A stretch of DNA of 64,000 bases from Spirochaetota bacterium (GTDB lineage Bacteria; Spirochaetota; UBA4802; UBA5550). Every line of letters begins with the position of its first letter. The first letter of the stretch is position 1. Of this stretch, positions 22,019 through 33,957 are shown one piece after another. The stretch is from contig JBNKTL010000003.1 in the NCBI GenBank assembly GCA_050298055.1, positions 32,001 to 96,000 of the forward strand. Direction: 5' to 3'. The translations under genes and the position numbers were made by a program. The notes beneath the pieces are model-generated. The model was not told the origin of the DNA and did no database searches. It was given only the letters and a program-made list of their open reading frames with translations.

Positions 22019-25000
22019 TTACTGTTCCTTTTGAGTTTCAGCAGATTTTTTCACTTCTTCGACTGCTTCTTTTCCCGTCTCTGTCTCTTCACCTTCCGGC
22101 GGCTCATAAACAGCCTCAAGGTCACCGGGTTCTTCCTGAAAAACCTCAATATTCTCATATATCCGGGAGCCTGTACCGGCGGGGATAAGGTGCCCGATAA
22201 TAACATTTTCCTTCAATCCCCTGAGCTGGTCGACTTTTCCTTTGATACCGGCATCTGTAAGGACCCTGGTTGTCTCCTGGAACGAGGCCGCCGAGATGAA
22301 TGACTCGGTGTTCAGGGCAGCCTTTGTAATACCCATAAGTACGGGAAGGGCCGTAGCGGGCTTTCCCCCCTCCTTGAGGACCCTGTCGTTCTCTTCAAGA
22401 AAATCAAACTTGTCCACTATCTGCTCAATGACAAAATTTGAGTCTCCCTGATCGCTGACCTTTACCTTACGAAGCATCTGCCTTACAATGGTCTCAATAT
22501 GTTTGTCGTTTATGGCTACACCCTGGAGCCTGTATACTTCCTGAATCTCGTTCACAAGGAACTTCTGAAGTTCACGGGGACCTTTTATCTGCAGGATCTC
22601 GTGGGGATCAACAGGCCCGTCATCGATCTTTTCTCCCTTCTCGATCCAGTCACCGTCCTGCACCCTGAGGAACTTGGTAACGGGGATGGAATACTCTTTC
22701 TCGTCACCACCCTTGGATTTAACAATGATCTTTCTCTTCTTTTTAACGGTATCACCTATGGTTATAACACCGCCAAACTCCGTAAGGGTTGCCGCATCCT
22801 TGGGCGTCCTGGCTTCAAAGAGCTCCGCGACCCGGGGAAGACCGCCGGTGATGTCCTTGGTCATCTCCGCCCCTCTGGGTATTTTACAGAGGATTGTTCC
22901 CGCTGTAACCTTGTCTCCGTCATTTACCATGAGATTAGCGCCCTTGGGGAGGAGATAGGTTATCGGTTCTTCCGCAGAACTGAGGATATTAATCCTCGGC
23001 TCAAGTTTTTCCGTTTTGTATTCAACAATAACGCCCCGGGTTACATTTGTCTGGGGATCGATCTCCTCCCTGAGACTCTTATTAAGCTCAATATCGTTGA
23101 ATTCGACCTTTCCGCCGATCTCAGTGAGTATGGGCTCAAACCAGGGATCAAATTCCGCAAGGACCGTGTTCATATCATAGAATTTGTCGGTCTTTACAAA
23201 GATCTCGGTTCCAACATTAATGGGAATTGAAATGGGGTCCCCGAGGATGTAGAGTTTCTTCTTATCAATTTTTATGATACCTGAACTTTTGGCAACGACC
23301 TCTTCGCTTCTGCCGATCTTCCCCAGGACAATACCGGAATAGACCCTGTCGTCGTCCTTTACCTTGAGCTTGACATCGGTTTTAATCGGTATTTCTGATA
23401 TGACCCTCTGGACGATGAGATACCCTTTCCTGACACTGATGATCTTCTTGTCCTCTGTCTTGATTGTTTTGGGCGTCAATTCCTTCACAAAAATCGGGTA
23501 TGTCATCTTGATCTCATTCTCTTCAACCGACCGGGATGCGATTCCTCCGATATGGAAGGTCCTCATTGTAAGCTGTGTGCCGGGCTGTCCGATTGACTGG
23601 GCGGCAATAATTCCCACTGCCTCTCCGATATCCACCGGGTCACCGTTACCGAGGTTACGTCCGTAACACTTCGAACAAACCCCGTGCTTGGCTTCACAGG
23701 TAAGGACCGACCTGATCTCTATTGTGTCGATATTCAACTGGTCCAGGAGTTCTGCCGCATCCTCATCGATGATGTCGTCTGCCTTACAGATGACTTCTCC
23801 TGATACGGGATGGACGATATCATAGAGAAGTGTCCTTCCCAGGGCCCGTGATCCCAGGGACTCGATGATATCATCGCCTTCTTTGATAGAAGAAATATCA
23901 ATACCTACCGTGGTACCGCAGTCAATTATGCCAATGACAACATCCTGCGCGATATCAACAAGCCTTCTTGTGAGATAACCGGCATCCGCCGTCTTGAGAG
24001 CAGTGTCCGCGAGACCTTTTCGCGCTCCGTTCGTGGAAATAAAGTACTCCAGTACGGTAAGACCTTCTTTAAAATTGGCCCTGATAGGGACCTCGATGAT
24101 CTCACCGCTGGGCTTGGCCATCAGCCCCCTCATTCCCGCAAGCTGTCTTATCTGCGCCTTGCTTCCCCGGGCCCCGGACTGGGCCATAACATACACCGGG
24201 TTGAGTCCCTGCTGGTCTCTGGAGAGCTCCTCAAACATCTTGTCAGCGATCATCTCGTTGGCATTTGTCCAGAGGTTAATAACCCTGTTGTATCTTTCAT
24301 CATCGGTGATAAAGCCGTTTCGATATTCATTTTCGATAACTTCGACCTTTTTGTCCTCCTCCAGGACAATTCCTTTCTTCTCCTGGGGAATGATGATATC
24401 AGACATTGAAATTGTCGGCGCAAAATATGTGGCAAAAGAATAGCCGCAATCCTTGATATCATCAAGCATCTTCACAGTAACATCAGGACCGTAGTACCTT
24501 ATGACCCTGGCAATAATGCTGGCCAGGTCTTTATCGTTGACCACATAGTTAACGTATTCAAATCCTTCGGGGAGGAGCTTATTGAAGTAGAGCCTGCCCG
24601 CTGTTGTTTCAAGGATTTCATTATCTTCTTTCAAATATTTTATCTGTGTCCTGTAGCTGATCTGGCCGTAATCAACCGCCCTGAAGACCTCGGACTCCTC
24701 ATCGAAGAGCTTTCCTTCGCCCTTCTCCCCCTCAACCAGGGAAGTGAGATAGTAAACCCCCAGTACAATATCCTGGGTCGGAGATATGACCGGATGCCCG
24801 TTTGCCGGCGAGAGGAGGTTATTCGACGAGAGCATCAGTGTCCAGCATTCCAGCTGCGCCCGGGGTGACAGAGGGACATGAACTGCCATCTGGTCACCGT
24901 CAAAATCTGCGTTATAGGCGTGACAGACCAGGGGATGAAGCTTAATCGCCTTTCCCTCAACAAGGACAGGAACGAAGGCCTGGATTCCCAGCCTGTGAAG

Positions 25001-26269
25001 AGTAGGGGCCCTGTTCAGGAGAACAGGGTGTTCCGCGATGACCTCCTCAAGGACTTCCCAGACTTCCTTCTTTTCATTCTCTACCATCTTTTTGGCAGAC
25101 TTGATGTTCTGGACAAAGTCGTTATCCACCAGCCTTTTCATGATAAAGGGCTTAAAGAGTTCTATGGCCATCTTCTTGGGAAGTCCGCACTGAAAGAGCT
25201 TGAGCTCGGGACCCACAACAATGACCGATCTACCCGAGTAATCAACCCTCTTGCCCAGAAGGTTCTGCCTGAAACGTCCCTGCTTGCCCTTGAGCATATC
25301 ACTGAGAGACTTAAGGGGCCTGTTCCCTTTACCCTTGACGGCCCTCTTTCTCCTGCTGTTGTCAAAGAGAGCATCTACAGATTCCTGCAGCATTCTCTTC
25401 TCATTCCTGACAATGATTTCCGGCGCACGAAGCATCAGCAGCCTTTTCAGCCTGTTGTTCCTGTTTATCACACGCCTGTAGAGGTCGTTAAGGTCAGAGG
25501 TGGCAAAGCGCCCGCCATCAAGCTGGACCATGGGACGGAGCTCAGGGGGTATTACAGGTATAACATCGAGGATCATCCATTCCGGTTTGTTGGTGGATTC
25601 CTTAAATGACTCAATAATCTCAAGTCTTTTGATGAGTTTTTTGTCTATCTTAACGCCTTTGTTTGATTTTTCATGGATCTCTGCCCGGAGTTTTCTTGAT
25701 TCTTCGTCAAGATCGATGTTCCCAAGGAGGTCCTTGATTGCCGACGCACCCATACTGGCGATAAAGGTATCACCATACTCTTCATAGAGGTTATAGTATG
25801 CTTCTTCGTCGAGAATATCACCTGTCTTTATATCTTCACCGGCAGCTTCACCCGGATCAATAACAATAAATTTCTCATAATAGAGGACAGATTTGAGGGC
25901 ATTGACCGTTATATTGAGAATCAGACCTATCCGTGAAGGGACCGACCTGTAATACCAGATGTGGGCAACCGGGGTGGCAAGTTCTATGTGCGCCCCCCTT
26001 TCACGTCTTACCTTGTAGTGGGTTACTTCAACACCGCACCTGTCACAGACCACGCCCTTATACCTGACAGATTTAAATTTTCCACAGTAACATTCCCACT
26101 CTTTGGTGGTACCGAAAATCCGTTCACAGAACAGGCCGTCTCGTTCCGGCTTCAGGGTCCTGTAGTTTATGGTCTCGGGCTTTTTCACCTCTCCGTATGA
26201 CCATTCCCTGATCATATCAGGAGATGCCAGTTTTATCTGAATAGAACTGAAATCGTTAAAGTCCCTCAT
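22019..26269 (-). CDS. rpoC: RNA polymerase beta' subunit
   Basis: NADFDGD catalytic motif, Zn-finger cysteines, TQLTMRTFH. Confidence 0.99.
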   Translation of the reverse strand: MRDFNDFSSIQIKLASPDMIREWSYGEVKKPETINYRTLKPERDGLFCERIFGTTKEWECYCGKFKSVRYKGVVCDRCGVEVTHYKVRRERGAHIELATPVAHIWYYRSVPSRIGLILNITVNALKSVLYYEKFIVIDPGEAAGEDIKTGDILDEEAYYNLYEEYGDTFIASMGASAIKDLLGNIDLDEESRKLRAEIHEKSNKGVKIDKKLIKRLEIIESFKESTNKPEWMILDVIPVIPPELRPMVQLDGGRFATSDLNDLYRRVINRNNRLKRLLMLRAPEIIVRNEKRMLQESVDALFDNSRRKRAVKGKGNRPLKSLSDMLKGKQGRFRQNLLGKRVDYSGRSVIVVGPELKLFQCGLPKKMAIELFKPFIMKRLVDNDFVQNIKSAKKMVENEKKEVWEVLEEVIAEHPVLLNRAPTLHRLGIQAFVPVLVEGKAIKLHPLVCHAYNADFDGDQMAVHVPLSPRAQLECWTLMLSSNNLLSPANGHPVISPTQDIVLGVYYLTSLVEGEKGEGKLFDEESEVFRAVDYGQISYRTQIKYLKEDNEILETTAGRLYFNKLLPEGFEYVNYVVNDKDLASIIARVIRYYGPDVTVKMLDDIKDCGYSFATYFAPTISMSDIIIPQEKKGIVLEEDKKVEVIENEYRNGFITDDERYNRVINLWTNANEMIADKMFEELSRDQQGLNPVYVMAQSGARGSKAQIRQLAGMRGLMAKPSGEIIEVPIRANFKEGLTVLEYFISTNGARKGLADTALKTADAGYLTRRLVDIAQDVVIGIIDCGTTVGIDISSIKEGDDIIESLGSRALGRTLLYDIVHPVSGEVICKADDIIDEDAAELLDQLNIDTIEIRSVLTCEAKHGVCSKCYGRNLGNGDPVDIGEAVGIIAAQSIGQPGTQLTMRTFHIGGIASRSVEENEIKMTYPIFVKELTPKTIKTEDKKIISVRKGYLIVQRVISEIPIKTDVKLKVKDDDRVYSGIVLGKIGRSEEVVAKSSGIIKIDKKKLYILGDPISIPINVGTEIFVKTDKFYDMNTVLAEFDPWFEPILTEIGGKVEFNDIELNKSLREEIDPQTNVTRGVIVEYKTEKLEPRINILSSAEEPITYLLPKGANLMVNDGDKVTAGTILCKIPRGAEMTKDITGGLPRVAELFEARTPKDAATLTEFGGVITIGDTVKKKRKIIVKSKGGDEKEYSIPVTKFLRVQDGDWIEKGEKIDDGPVDPHEILQIKGPRELQKFLVNEIQEVYRLQGVAINDKHIETIVRQMLRKVKVSDQGDSNFVIEQIVDKFDFLEENDRVLKEGGKPATALPVLMGITKAALNTESFISAASFQETTRVLTDAGIKGKVDQLRGLKENVIIGHLIPAGTGSRIYENIEVFQEEPGDLEAVYEPPEGEETETGKEAVEEVKKSAETQKEQ

Positions 26270-26366
26270 AGTTTAACCTTCACTTATAAAATATCAATTA
26301 CGGGTACTTCAGAAAATTAAATTTCATTAATGGATTTAATTTTCATCCTTAAAACATGTACCTTAT

Positions 26367-29300
26367 CTACTCGTTCTTCAGCCTTTCGAGTTTAATTCTC
26401 CTCTTCGGCTTGTTCAACCCGTCAGTCCATTCCGAAAGGCTGATCTCGTTGTTCTTCTCATCATAAATCTTTACATCAAGGGCCAGTCCCCGGAGCTCCT
26501 GGATAAGGACATTAAATGACTCCGGGATACCGGGCGATGTTGTATTGATCCCCTTGACAATAGCTTCATATATCCGCGCCCGTCCGAGCATATCGTCAGA
26601 CTTGACCGTAAGAAGTTCCTGGAGAGTATAAGCCGCTCCATAAGCTTCAAGGGCCCAGACCTCCATCTCCCCCAGCCTCTGCCCGCCAAACTGGGCTTTT
26701 CCGCCCAGGGGCTGCTGTGTGACAAGTGAGTAGGGACCGGTAGACCGCGCGTGAATTTTGTCATCGACCATATGTGCAAGTTTCAACATATAGACATATC
26801 CCACCATGACCTCTCCCTCAAAGGGCTGCCCTGTCCTTCCGTCATAGAGAACCGATTTTGAATTCCCCGGAAGCTCCGATTTTTTCAGCAGGTTTTTGAT
26901 GTCTTCGGGAGTCGCCCCGTCAAAGATCGGGGTCTCATAGTAGACTTCCTGTTCCTTTGCCGCCCAGCCCAGTTCAGTCTCCAGGAGCTGCCCCAGGTTC
27001 ATTCGCGACGGGACAGAAAGAGGGTTGAGCACGATATCAACCGGGGTCCCGTCGGGGAGGTAGGGCATATCGTTCACAGGGGCAATCTTGGATATAACAC
27101 CCTTGTTCCCGTGCCTTCCCGCCATTTTATCACCTACAGAGACCTTCCTTTTATCAGCTATATAGACCTTCACCAGTTCCTCTACACCCGGCGCAAGCTC
27201 ATCACCGTTCTCCCGCGAGAACCTTCTTACATCTATGACGATACCTGCCACACCGTTAGGGACCCGAAGGGACGTGTCCCTGACCTCACGGGCCTTTTCC
27301 CCGAAAATCGAATGGAGCAGTTTGTACTCGGGAGTGAGGTCCTGTTCTCCCTTGGGCGTGACCTTTCCCACGAGGATATCATCGGAATCCACAACCGCTC
27401 CAACCCTGATAATCCCGTCCGCGTCCAGGTCCCTGAAAGCCTTTTCACTGAGGTTCGGGATGTCCCGGGTAATGGATTCACGTCCCAGCTTAGTCTCACG
27501 CGCTTCCACTTCAAATTGTTCTATATGAACGGAGGTAAAAACATCCTCCTCAACAAGTCGTTCGGAAAGGAGAATTGCATCCTCAAAGTTATATCCCATC
27601 CATGGCATAAAGGCGACCAGGATGTTCTTCCCGAGACTCAGACGCCCTTCTTTTGTAGCCGGACCATCGGCCAGGATTGTACCTGCCTTGACCTTGTCCC
27701 CGGCCCTTACCAGGGGCCTCTGGTTGAAGCATGTTCCCTGGTTGGTTCTCTTGAACTTCCTGAGTTCATAGACATCAACCTCACTGCCCCGGGTTTTTAC
27801 CTTGATAAACCTGGAGTCAACGGAGACAACGTCACCTGCCTTTTCCGCAATAACCATAACGCCCGAATCATATGCTGCGTGTGTCTCAACACCGGTCCCG
27901 ACCAGGGGCGCTTCCTCCACCATGAGGGGTACTGCCTGCCTCTGCATGTTTGATCCCATAAGCGCCCTGTTCGCGTCATCATGCTCAAGGAAAGGGATGA
28001 GGCTTGTGGCAACGGAAAAAACCTGGTTAGGAGAAACGTCCATGTACTGGATCTCCTTCGGTTTCATATAGGGGAAGTTACCCCTGTTCCTGCAGGGAAT
28101 AAGACTTTTGACAAAGTTCCCCTTATCGGTTATCTGGGCGTTTGCCTGGGCGATAAAATAGTTATCTTCCCTGTCCGCCGTGAGATATTCAATTTGATCT
28201 GTCACCCTGCCGTCCTTTACAACCCTGTAGGGAGTTTCGAGAAAACCGTACTCGTTGATCCTCGAATAGGTACTCAGGGATACGATAAGGCCGATATTAG
28301 GACCTTCCGGCGTTTCAATGGGACACATACGCCCGTAATGCGAAGGGTGTACGTCCCTGACCTCAAAACCCGCCCTCTCCCTGGAGAGACCTCCGGGACC
28401 CAGGGCGTTAAGCCTCCTTTTATGCGTGAGCTCCGCCAGGGGATTTGTCTGGTCCATAAACTGGGAGAGCTGACTTGAACCGAAAAACTCGTTAACCACC
28501 GCCGTTATCGGCTTAATGCTGATAAGGGCCTGCGGTGTGATAACATCCAGGTCCTGGATTGTCATCCTCTCCTTTATGACCCTCTCCATCCTCTGGAAAC
28601 CGATCTTGATCTGGTTCATGATAAGTTCACCAACAGACCTGATCCTCCTGTTCCCCAGGTGATCAATGTCATCGACTATTGTCAGGACTCTCTTTTTTAT
28701 CTTGTTTCCGTCTTTATCTTCGGCCTTGACCTCATACCCGTCGGATTCCGCGATCAGATAGAGCATATACTTCACCGCGGAGACAATATCATCCTTCGTC
28801 AATATCCGCTCATCATTATCATCGGAAAATCCGAACTTGCTGTTGATCTTATATCTTCCCACACCTCCCAGGGAATATGTCCTTGGATTAAAGAAAAGCC
28901 TTTCAAGTTCGGCGCGGGCATTATCGATATTTGTGGGTTCACCCGGTCTCATAATCGCATGAATAGCCAGGAGCGCCAGTTCCGAATTTTTATAGCTGTG
29001 GTCTTCATCAATCTTGAGGTTCTTCTTGATAAAATCATTCTCAAAACCAAGGGTTTCACTGAGGAAGGAATCGTCCTTGTTGTTGGGGAACTCAATGATT
29101 TCAACCTGCTTGGTTCCCTCTTCTTTTATTCTGTCTATCATGTCTATGAGAATACGGTCACCCACCTCAACCAGGATTTCACCCGTCTCCTTGCTGATGA
29201 CATCCCTGGCAACCCTTTTGCCGTTCAGGGAATTATAATCCTCTTCACTCTTGAGCCGTACGGTATGTGTCTCATAGAAAAGTTTGACGATTTCAGAATT

Positions 29301-29903
29301 TGTCTCATAACCGAGAGCCTTTATAAGAAGGGTAACGGGAAATTTCTTCTTTCTATCTATCCTGGCTATAAGATAACCTTTTGAATCCGTTTCAAATTCC
29401 AGCCATGATCCCCGGTCCGGAATGACCCGGGAATTGTATGTTCTCTCGGCTTCTTCATAGAAAAAGAAAATGCCCGGGGACCTGTGAAGCTGGTTCACAA
29501 CGATCCTCTCGGCACCATTGATAACGAAGGTCCCCCTTGCTGTCATCAACGGAATATCTCCCATATAGACACTCTGCTCCCTGACTTCCATGCTCTCCTT
29601 TCGGATGAGCCTGATAGTCGCCTTCAGGGGCGCGGCAAATGTCACGTCTCTCTCCTTGCATTCGTGTTCGGAATACTTCGGATCACCTATTTCATAGTTG
29701 AGAAATTCCAGAACAACGTCTTCATGAGGACTCTCGATGGGGAAAATCTCTTCGAAAACAGCCTGAAGCCCCTGAGATTTTCTCTTTGCAGCACCCTGCT
29801 GAAGAAACCAGTTGTACGACTTCAGCTGTATCTCTATCAGATTAGGAAGGTCAATGCTAGACTTAATTTTACCAAAATTGATAACTTCCATCCCTTTTTT
29901 CAT
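26367..29903 (-). CDS. rpoB: RNA polymerase beta subunit
   Basis: [34 protein letters not shown]. Confidence 0.99.
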   Translation of the reverse strand: MKKGMEVINFGKIKSSIDLPNLIEIQLKSYNWFLQQGAAKRKSQGLQAVFEEIFPIESPHEDVVLEFLNYEIGDPKYSEHECKERDVTFAAPLKATIRLIRKESMEVREQSVYMGDIPLMTARGTFVINGAERIVVNQLHRSPGIFFFYEEAERTYNSRVIPDRGSWLEFETDSKGYLIARIDRKKKFPVTLLIKALGYETNSEIVKLFYETHTVRLKSEEDYNSLNGKRVARDVISKETGEILVEVGDRILIDMIDRIKEEGTKQVEIIEFPNNKDDSFLSETLGFENDFIKKNLKIDEDHSYKNSELALLAIHAIMRPGEPTNIDNARAELERLFFNPRTYSLGGVGRYKINSKFGFSDDNDERILTKDDIVSAVKYMLYLIAESDGYEVKAEDKDGNKIKKRVLTIVDDIDHLGNRRIRSVGELIMNQIKIGFQRMERVIKERMTIQDLDVITPQALISIKPITAVVNEFFGSSQLSQFMDQTNPLAELTHKRRLNALGPGGLSRERAGFEVRDVHPSHYGRMCPIETPEGPNIGLIVSLSTYSRINEYGFLETPYRVVKDGRVTDQIEYLTADREDNYFIAQANAQITDKGNFVKSLIPCRNRGNFPYMKPKEIQYMDVSPNQVFSVATSLIPFLEHDDANRALMGSNMQRQAVPLMVEEAPLVGTGVETHAAYDSGVMVIAEKAGDVVSVDSRFIKVKTRGSEVDVYELRKFKRTNQGTCFNQRPLVRAGDKVKAGTILADGPATKEGRLSLGKNILVAFMPWMGYNFEDAILLSERLVEEDVFTSVHIEQFEVEARETKLGRESITRDIPNLSEKAFRDLDADGIIRVGAVVDSDDILVGKVTPKGEQDLTPEYKLLHSIFGEKAREVRDTSLRVPNGVAGIVIDVRRFSRENGDELAPGVEELVKVYIADKRKVSVGDKMAGRHGNKGVISKIAPVNDMPYLPDGTPVDIVLNPLSVPSRMNLGQLLETELGWAAKEQEVYYETPIFDGATPEDIKNLLKKSELPGNSKSVLYDGRTGQPFEGEVMVGYVYMLKLAHMVDDKIHARSTGPYSLVTQQPLGGKAQFGGQRLGEMEVWALEAYGAAYTLQELLTVKSDDMLGRARIYEAIVKGINTTSPGIPESFNVLIQELRGLALDVKIYDEKNNEISLSEWTDGLNKPKRRIKLERLKNE

Positions 29904-30137
29904 ATCAAATAACCTTATATAGTAATATCGTTAAAAAAGATCAATAATGCCGTCTCACAAGACACCATTAGCTTTGGCTGAGTTTCAACCAAAGCTAACA
30001 CTTGTTAAACTGATAAAGAAGGACCAGTAAGTTAATTTTAATCCCCTTAAACATTATGCTGTTTCGCCGGGCCCGGCTGCCCACCCTGGAGGAAAGGCAA
30101 ACCGGGATTTCCCCGCACAGCTTCCGGTTTTGCCGGA

Positions 30138-30521
30138 CTATTTAAGCTCTACTGTAGCGCCAGCTCCTTCAAGCTTGCCCTTAATTTCTTCTGCTTCCTC
30201 TTTGGAAACACCTTCTTTAACCGGCTTACCTCCCGCCTCAACAAGCTCCTTCGCTTCCTTAAGACCAAGACCGGTAATAGCTCTCACCTCTTTGATAACA
30301 CCCACCTTTGAATCTCCAAAGCCGGTAAGTATAACATCAAATGATGATTTCTCTTCTGCTGCCGCGCCGCCGCCTTCTGCAGGTGCTGCTGCAGCAACTG
30401 CCACAGGAGCTGCTGCGGAAATACCGAATTTTTCTTCCATTGCTTCTACAAGCTTGGCTGCTTCCACAAGCGTCAGGCTGCCAATCTCTTCAAGCAATTC
30501 TTCAATTGATAATTTTGCCAT
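30138..30521 (-). CDS. rplL: 50S ribosomal protein L7/L12
   Basis: [22 protein letters not shown]. Confidence 0.99.
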   Translation of the reverse strand: MAKLSIEELLEEIGSLTLVEAAKLVEAMEEKFGISAAAPVAVAAAAPAEGGGAAAEEKSSFDVILTGFGDSKVGVIKEVRAITGLGLKEAKELVEAGGKPVKEGVSKEEAEEIKGKLEGAGATVELK

Positions 30522-30559
30522 TTTTTGATCCTTACCCTAAATATTTAATGAATCTGTTT

Positions 30560-30683
30560 GTAATTTACCCCAGCATCATGAAAATTATATGTCCCAACCG
30601 CCGAAAGCGGCGGGGAAATAATTTTTTTTCATTTCCCTAATGGTGTAATTACATTTATTCAAGTTAATACAGCTTAATCTGTA
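30560..30683 (+). mobile_element. Degenerate copy of the ~140-bp palindromic MITE-like element, in the rplJ-rplL spacer
   Basis: Core ATATGTCCCAACCGCCGAAAGCGGCGGGGAAATA matches the core of the copies at 44.7 and 45.0 kb; decayed ends GTAATTTACCCCAGC and ATACAGCT. Confidence 0.55.
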
Positions 30684-30764
30684 AAAACCTATAAAGAGCA
30701 AGAAAAGAATTTGAAACCACTTCATCTAAACGGTAACAATACCCTTTTCAACACTCATTTTTCA

Positions 30765-31286
30765 CTACTGATTGCTGCCAGCCTCCGCTACAGCCCGTAT
30801 CCCCCGCGCCAGGGAAGCCATAATCTGCTTCATTCCCATTGCTATTCCCGTTGCCGGGGCATTAATCATTGACATTGTCTGCGCGAGCACAACATCACGG
30901 GAAGGCAGACTTGCTATTTTTTCAACTTCTGCTTCATTATAGAGAGTATTATCTATATATCCTACGGAAAAGCTGAAGTTCTCCTCTTCCTTTTTAAAAT
31001 CCTTTAATACCTTGGCAACCTCTCCAATCTCATCCCTGACAAAGGCAACCCCCAGGGGACCTTTCACATACTCCTCCAGGCCGCTGTACCCTGCTTTTTC
31101 AAGGGCCCTTTTGAACAGCGTGTTCTTTACGACCCTGTACTCGGCATTCTTCTCCCTGAGCTTTCTTCTCAGAACAGATATACCCTTTACGTTCACACCG
31201 GAAAAATCGGTAAAGAAGAGGTTTCCTTTCTCACCCAGCTTATCAATAAAACCGCTGACTTCGTCTACTTTGTACTGCTTAACCAT
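30765..31286 (-). CDS. rplJ: 50S ribosomal protein L10
   Basis: LRRKLRE...VVKNTLF, ASLPSRD; lies between rplA and rplL. Confidence 0.97.
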   Translation of the reverse strand: MVKQYKVDEVSGFIDKLGEKGNLFFTDFSGVNVKGISVLRRKLREKNAEYRVVKNTLFKRALEKAGYSGLEEYVKGPLGVAFVRDEIGEVAKVLKDFKKEEENFSFSVGYIDNTLYNEAEVEKIASLPSRDVVLAQTMSMINAPATGIAMGMKQIMASLARGIRAVAEAGSNQ

Positions 31287-31969
31287 TACTTTTCGATCCC
31301 CTTGTGATTGATTTTTATCCCGGGCCCCATTGATGAACTGATATGCACCGATTTAATATAGTTGCCCTTGGCATCTGAAGGCTTGTCCTTCATTACCTGG
31401 TTGAAAAAACTCTTGATATTATCAACAAGAGCATTGTTTTCAAAGGAAGTTTTTCCTACGGCAGAGTGAATAACACCTGTTTTGTCACACTTATATTCAA
31501 TCCTGCCTCCCTTGAGCTCTTTGACAATCCCCTTAACGTCATCTGTTACTGTTCCCGCCTTCGGTTTGGGCATAAGCCCCTTTCTTCCGAGGATGGGACC
31601 CAGCTTACCCACCTGGCTCATCATATCAGGTGTGGCCACAACCGCGTGAAAGTCTATCCAGCCTTCCTTGATCTTATCGATGAGATCATCCGCACCAACA
31701 TAATCCGCCCCTGCTTCCTGGGCCTCCTTCTGCTTATCGCCCTTGCAGAGAACAAGGACCTTTTTCTCCTTTCCGGTTCCGGCCGGAAGGGTCGCCGATC
31801 CTCTTATATTCTGAAAGCTTTTGTGAACGACCTTTACAGCCATATCCACTGTTTCATCAAACTTGACATATTTTGCGTTCTTCATTTTTTCCACAGCATC
31901 TTCAATACTGTAAAGAACAGTCTTGTCAATCTGCAATTTTGCGTTCTCTATCTTCTTTCCCCGTTTCAT
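31286..31969 (-). CDS. rplA: 50S ribosomal protein L1
   Basis: [25 protein letters not shown]. Confidence 0.98.
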   Translation of the reverse strand: MKRGKKIENAKLQIDKTVLYSIEDAVEKMKNAKYVKFDETVDMAVKVVHKSFQNIRGSATLPAGTGKEKKVLVLCKGDKQKEAQEAGADYVGADDLIDKIKEGWIDFHAVVATPDMMSQVGKLGPILGRKGLMPKPKAGTVTDDVKGIVKELKGGRIEYKCDKTGVIHSAVGKTSFENNALVDNIKSFFNQVMKDKPSDAKGNYIKSVHISSSMGPGIKINHKGIEK

Positions 31970-32067
31970 TTTTCCAGGTTACCCCCAGCTTAATACTGAT
32001 TATTCTTTATATTCTATTAAAGAGTTAATTTCTTCTATTTTATTAATAATAAATTAAATATCATCCG

Positions 32068-32499
32068 CTATTCGGCAACATTGACTCCCATGGAGTTGGC
32101 TGTTCCGGCAATGATGTTGACTGCCGCGTCCAGATCATTTGCATTGAGGTCCGGCATTTTCAAATTGGCAATCTCTTCAAGCTGAGCCCTGGTGATCTTG
32201 CCAACCTTATCCTTCTGCGGCTCGCCGGACCCTTTCTCAAGCTTCAGAGCCTTTTTAATAAGGACCGATGCGGGAGGGGTCTTAATAATAAAGGTAAATG
32301 TCCTGTCCTCATAAACCGTGATGACAACGGGAAGTATTGTCCCCATCTGGTCTTTTGTTCTGTCATTAAAGGCCTTACAGAAGTCCATAATGTTAAGACC
32401 ATGCTGTCCGAGAGCAGGTCCAACCGGAGGCGCAGGATTTGCCTGCCCGCCGGGTATCTGAAGTTTTATCTCAACAAGTATATTTTTCCCTTTAGCCAT
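32068..32499 (-). CDS. rplK: 50S ribosomal protein L11
   Basis: [22 protein letters not shown]. Confidence 0.99.
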   Translation of the reverse strand: MAKGKNILVEIKLQIPGGQANPAPPVGPALGQHGLNIMDFCKAFNDRTKDQMGTILPVVITVYEDRTFTFIIKTPPASVLIKKALKLEKGSGEPQKDKVGKITRAQLEEIANLKMPDLNANDLDAAVNIIAGTANSMGVNVAE

Positions 32500-32525
32500 A
32501 ACTCTTGTTTATCCCTTATTAGTAT

Positions 32526-33068
32526 CTAAATTTTACCAACCTGTAAAAAATCCAGTTCAACAGGCGTCCCCCTGCCGAATATCTCCACTTTCACCCGCAA
32601 TCTTCCCTTATCAGGATAGACCTCTTCAACAATACCGTTGAAGTTGCTGAACGGCCCGTCAATGACCTTCACCGGTTCTCCAACAGAGAAATCCATGGCA
32701 ATGGACACCTTTTCCCTGGTCTTCTGTTCTCCCATCTGGTCAAAGAGGGAATTGACTTCATCTCTTGACAGGGGCTTCGGTTTATTTGAACCGTATGCTC
32801 CCACGAAATTTGTCACACCGGGAATATTTTTAATGATACTCCATGTATTGTCATTCAATTCAATTTCAACGAGAACATACCCGGGAAAGTACTTCTTGGT
32901 CCTTACCTTCTTCTTCCCGTCTTTTACTTCCGGGACTTCAACAGTGGGGACCTTCACCTGAAATATTTCATCCTGAAGGCCAAGGTTCTTGACTTTTTTC
33001 TCCAAAGCAAGCTTGACCTTGTTTTCATGCCCGGAATATGTATGAACGACGTACCATTCTTTTGCCAT
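32526..33068 (-). CDS. nusG: Transcription factor NusG
   Basis: WYVVHTYSGHE, FPGYVLV, IFGRGTPVEL. Confidence 0.99.
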   Translation of the reverse strand: MAKEWYVVHTYSGHENKVKLALEKKVKNLGLQDEIFQVKVPTVEVPEVKDGKKKVRTKKYFPGYVLVEIELNDNTWSIIKNIPGVTNFVGAYGSNKPKPLSRDEVNSLFDQMGEQKTREKVSIAMDFSVGEPVKVIDGPFSNFNGIVEEVYPDKGRLRVKVEIFGRGTPVELDFLQVGKI

Positions 33069-33069
33069 T

Positions 33070-33252
33070 TTATTTTATCACAACCTTTACAAGTGTCATC
33101 AAAGCTGAATCAACCAGCCAGAGAAATATGGAAATGAAGACTACAGTAACGACTACGACACCTGTAAAACTGGTGACTTCATCTCTGTCAGGCCATGTAA
33201 CTTTCCGCAGCTCTTCCCGCGCATCATGAAGAAATTTTATAAAATTTTTCAA
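33070..33252 (-). CDS. secE: Preprotein translocase SecE
   Basis: ELRKVTWP motif plus a single TM helix; upstream of nusG. Confidence 0.96.
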   Translation of the reverse strand: MKNFIKFLHDAREELRKVTWPDRDEVTSFTGVVVVTVVFISIFLWLVDSALMTLVKVVIK

Positions 33253-33329
33253 TTTATTACCTTTGCATGTTTGAAGAATGACTTAATCAAAAGAATTAAC
33301 AAGCGGATCCAGAATACAAACGAACACAA

Positions 33330-33482
33330 TCAGGCTTTTGTTTCTTTATGAACCGTATGCTTGTTGCAGAATTTGCAGTATTTCTTTACGCTGATCTTCC
33401 CGGTCTGCTTCTTTTTATCTTTTGTGGCAGAATAATTCCTTCGTTTACAATCTTCGCATGCCAGCAAAATTACGTCCCGCAT
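33330..33482 (-). CDS. rpmG: 50S ribosomal protein L33 (50 aa, Zn-binding; absent from ORF track)
   Basis: Translated by hand: MRDVILLACEDCKRRNYSATKDKKKQTGKISVKKYCKFCNKHTVHKETKA. Confidence 0.97.
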   Translation of the reverse strand: MRDVILLACEDCKRRNYSATKDKKKQTGKISVKKYCKFCNKHTVHKETKA

Positions 33483-33767
33483 AATATAAAACCACCTTTT
33501 CCCTATAAAACTAGTGCAAACTAATATTTATGCCTTTCCAGTCAAGCATTTTTAAGAAAAAATAAATATGATCAAATCTATTTTTTTAACTATCTTTTTT
33601 TTAGTCAGATGCCGGAGTTTCCGATTACTCTCCTGCCGTTTATTATTTCAGGATCACCCTCTGTATTTCGAACCTATACTCTCTTTTTTATATTATTTAT
33701 ATTATATAGAGAGAAGTAAAACCTGGCAATAAAAAAGAAAACACCGCTAAAAAAACCGATAGTCAAC

Positions 33768-33840
33768 AGCCCACGACCAGAATTGAACTGGTGACCTTTT
33801 GCTTACCATGCAAATGCTCTGCCGACTGAGCTACGTGGGC
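33768..33840 (-). tRNA. tRNA-Thr(GGT)
   Basis: GCCCACGTAGCTCAGTCGGCAGAGCA-TTTGC ATGGTAA GCAAA-AGGTCACCAGTTCAATTCTGGTCGTGGGCT; folds as a cloverleaf; no encoded CCA. Confidence 0.96.
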
Positions 33841-33899
33841 ACAAAGAAAGTATACCATTAAAAACAGCCTCTTTTTTGTCAATACTAATTTTGGAGAAC

Positions 33900-33931
33900 A
33901 AAAAAGGGCGTCCCTGCAGGATGCCCTTTTT
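33900..33931. terminator. Intrinsic terminator downstream of rlpA
   Basis: AAAAAAGGGCGTCC-CTGCA-GGATGCCCTTTTT; GC stem with T-tracts on both strands. Confidence 0.8.
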
Positions 33932-33957
33932 CTTTTTATCTACTGGAGGCCTGACTT

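Noticed and set aside
29968..30137. Novel ncRNA in the rplL-rpoB spacer
   Set aside because: The hairpins are adequately explained as the usual terminator/attenuator structures before rpoB.
33768..33840. tRNA-anchored prophage or integrative element (also checked at tRNA-Arg)
   Set aside because: No integrase and no duplicated tRNA 3' end seen in the window.
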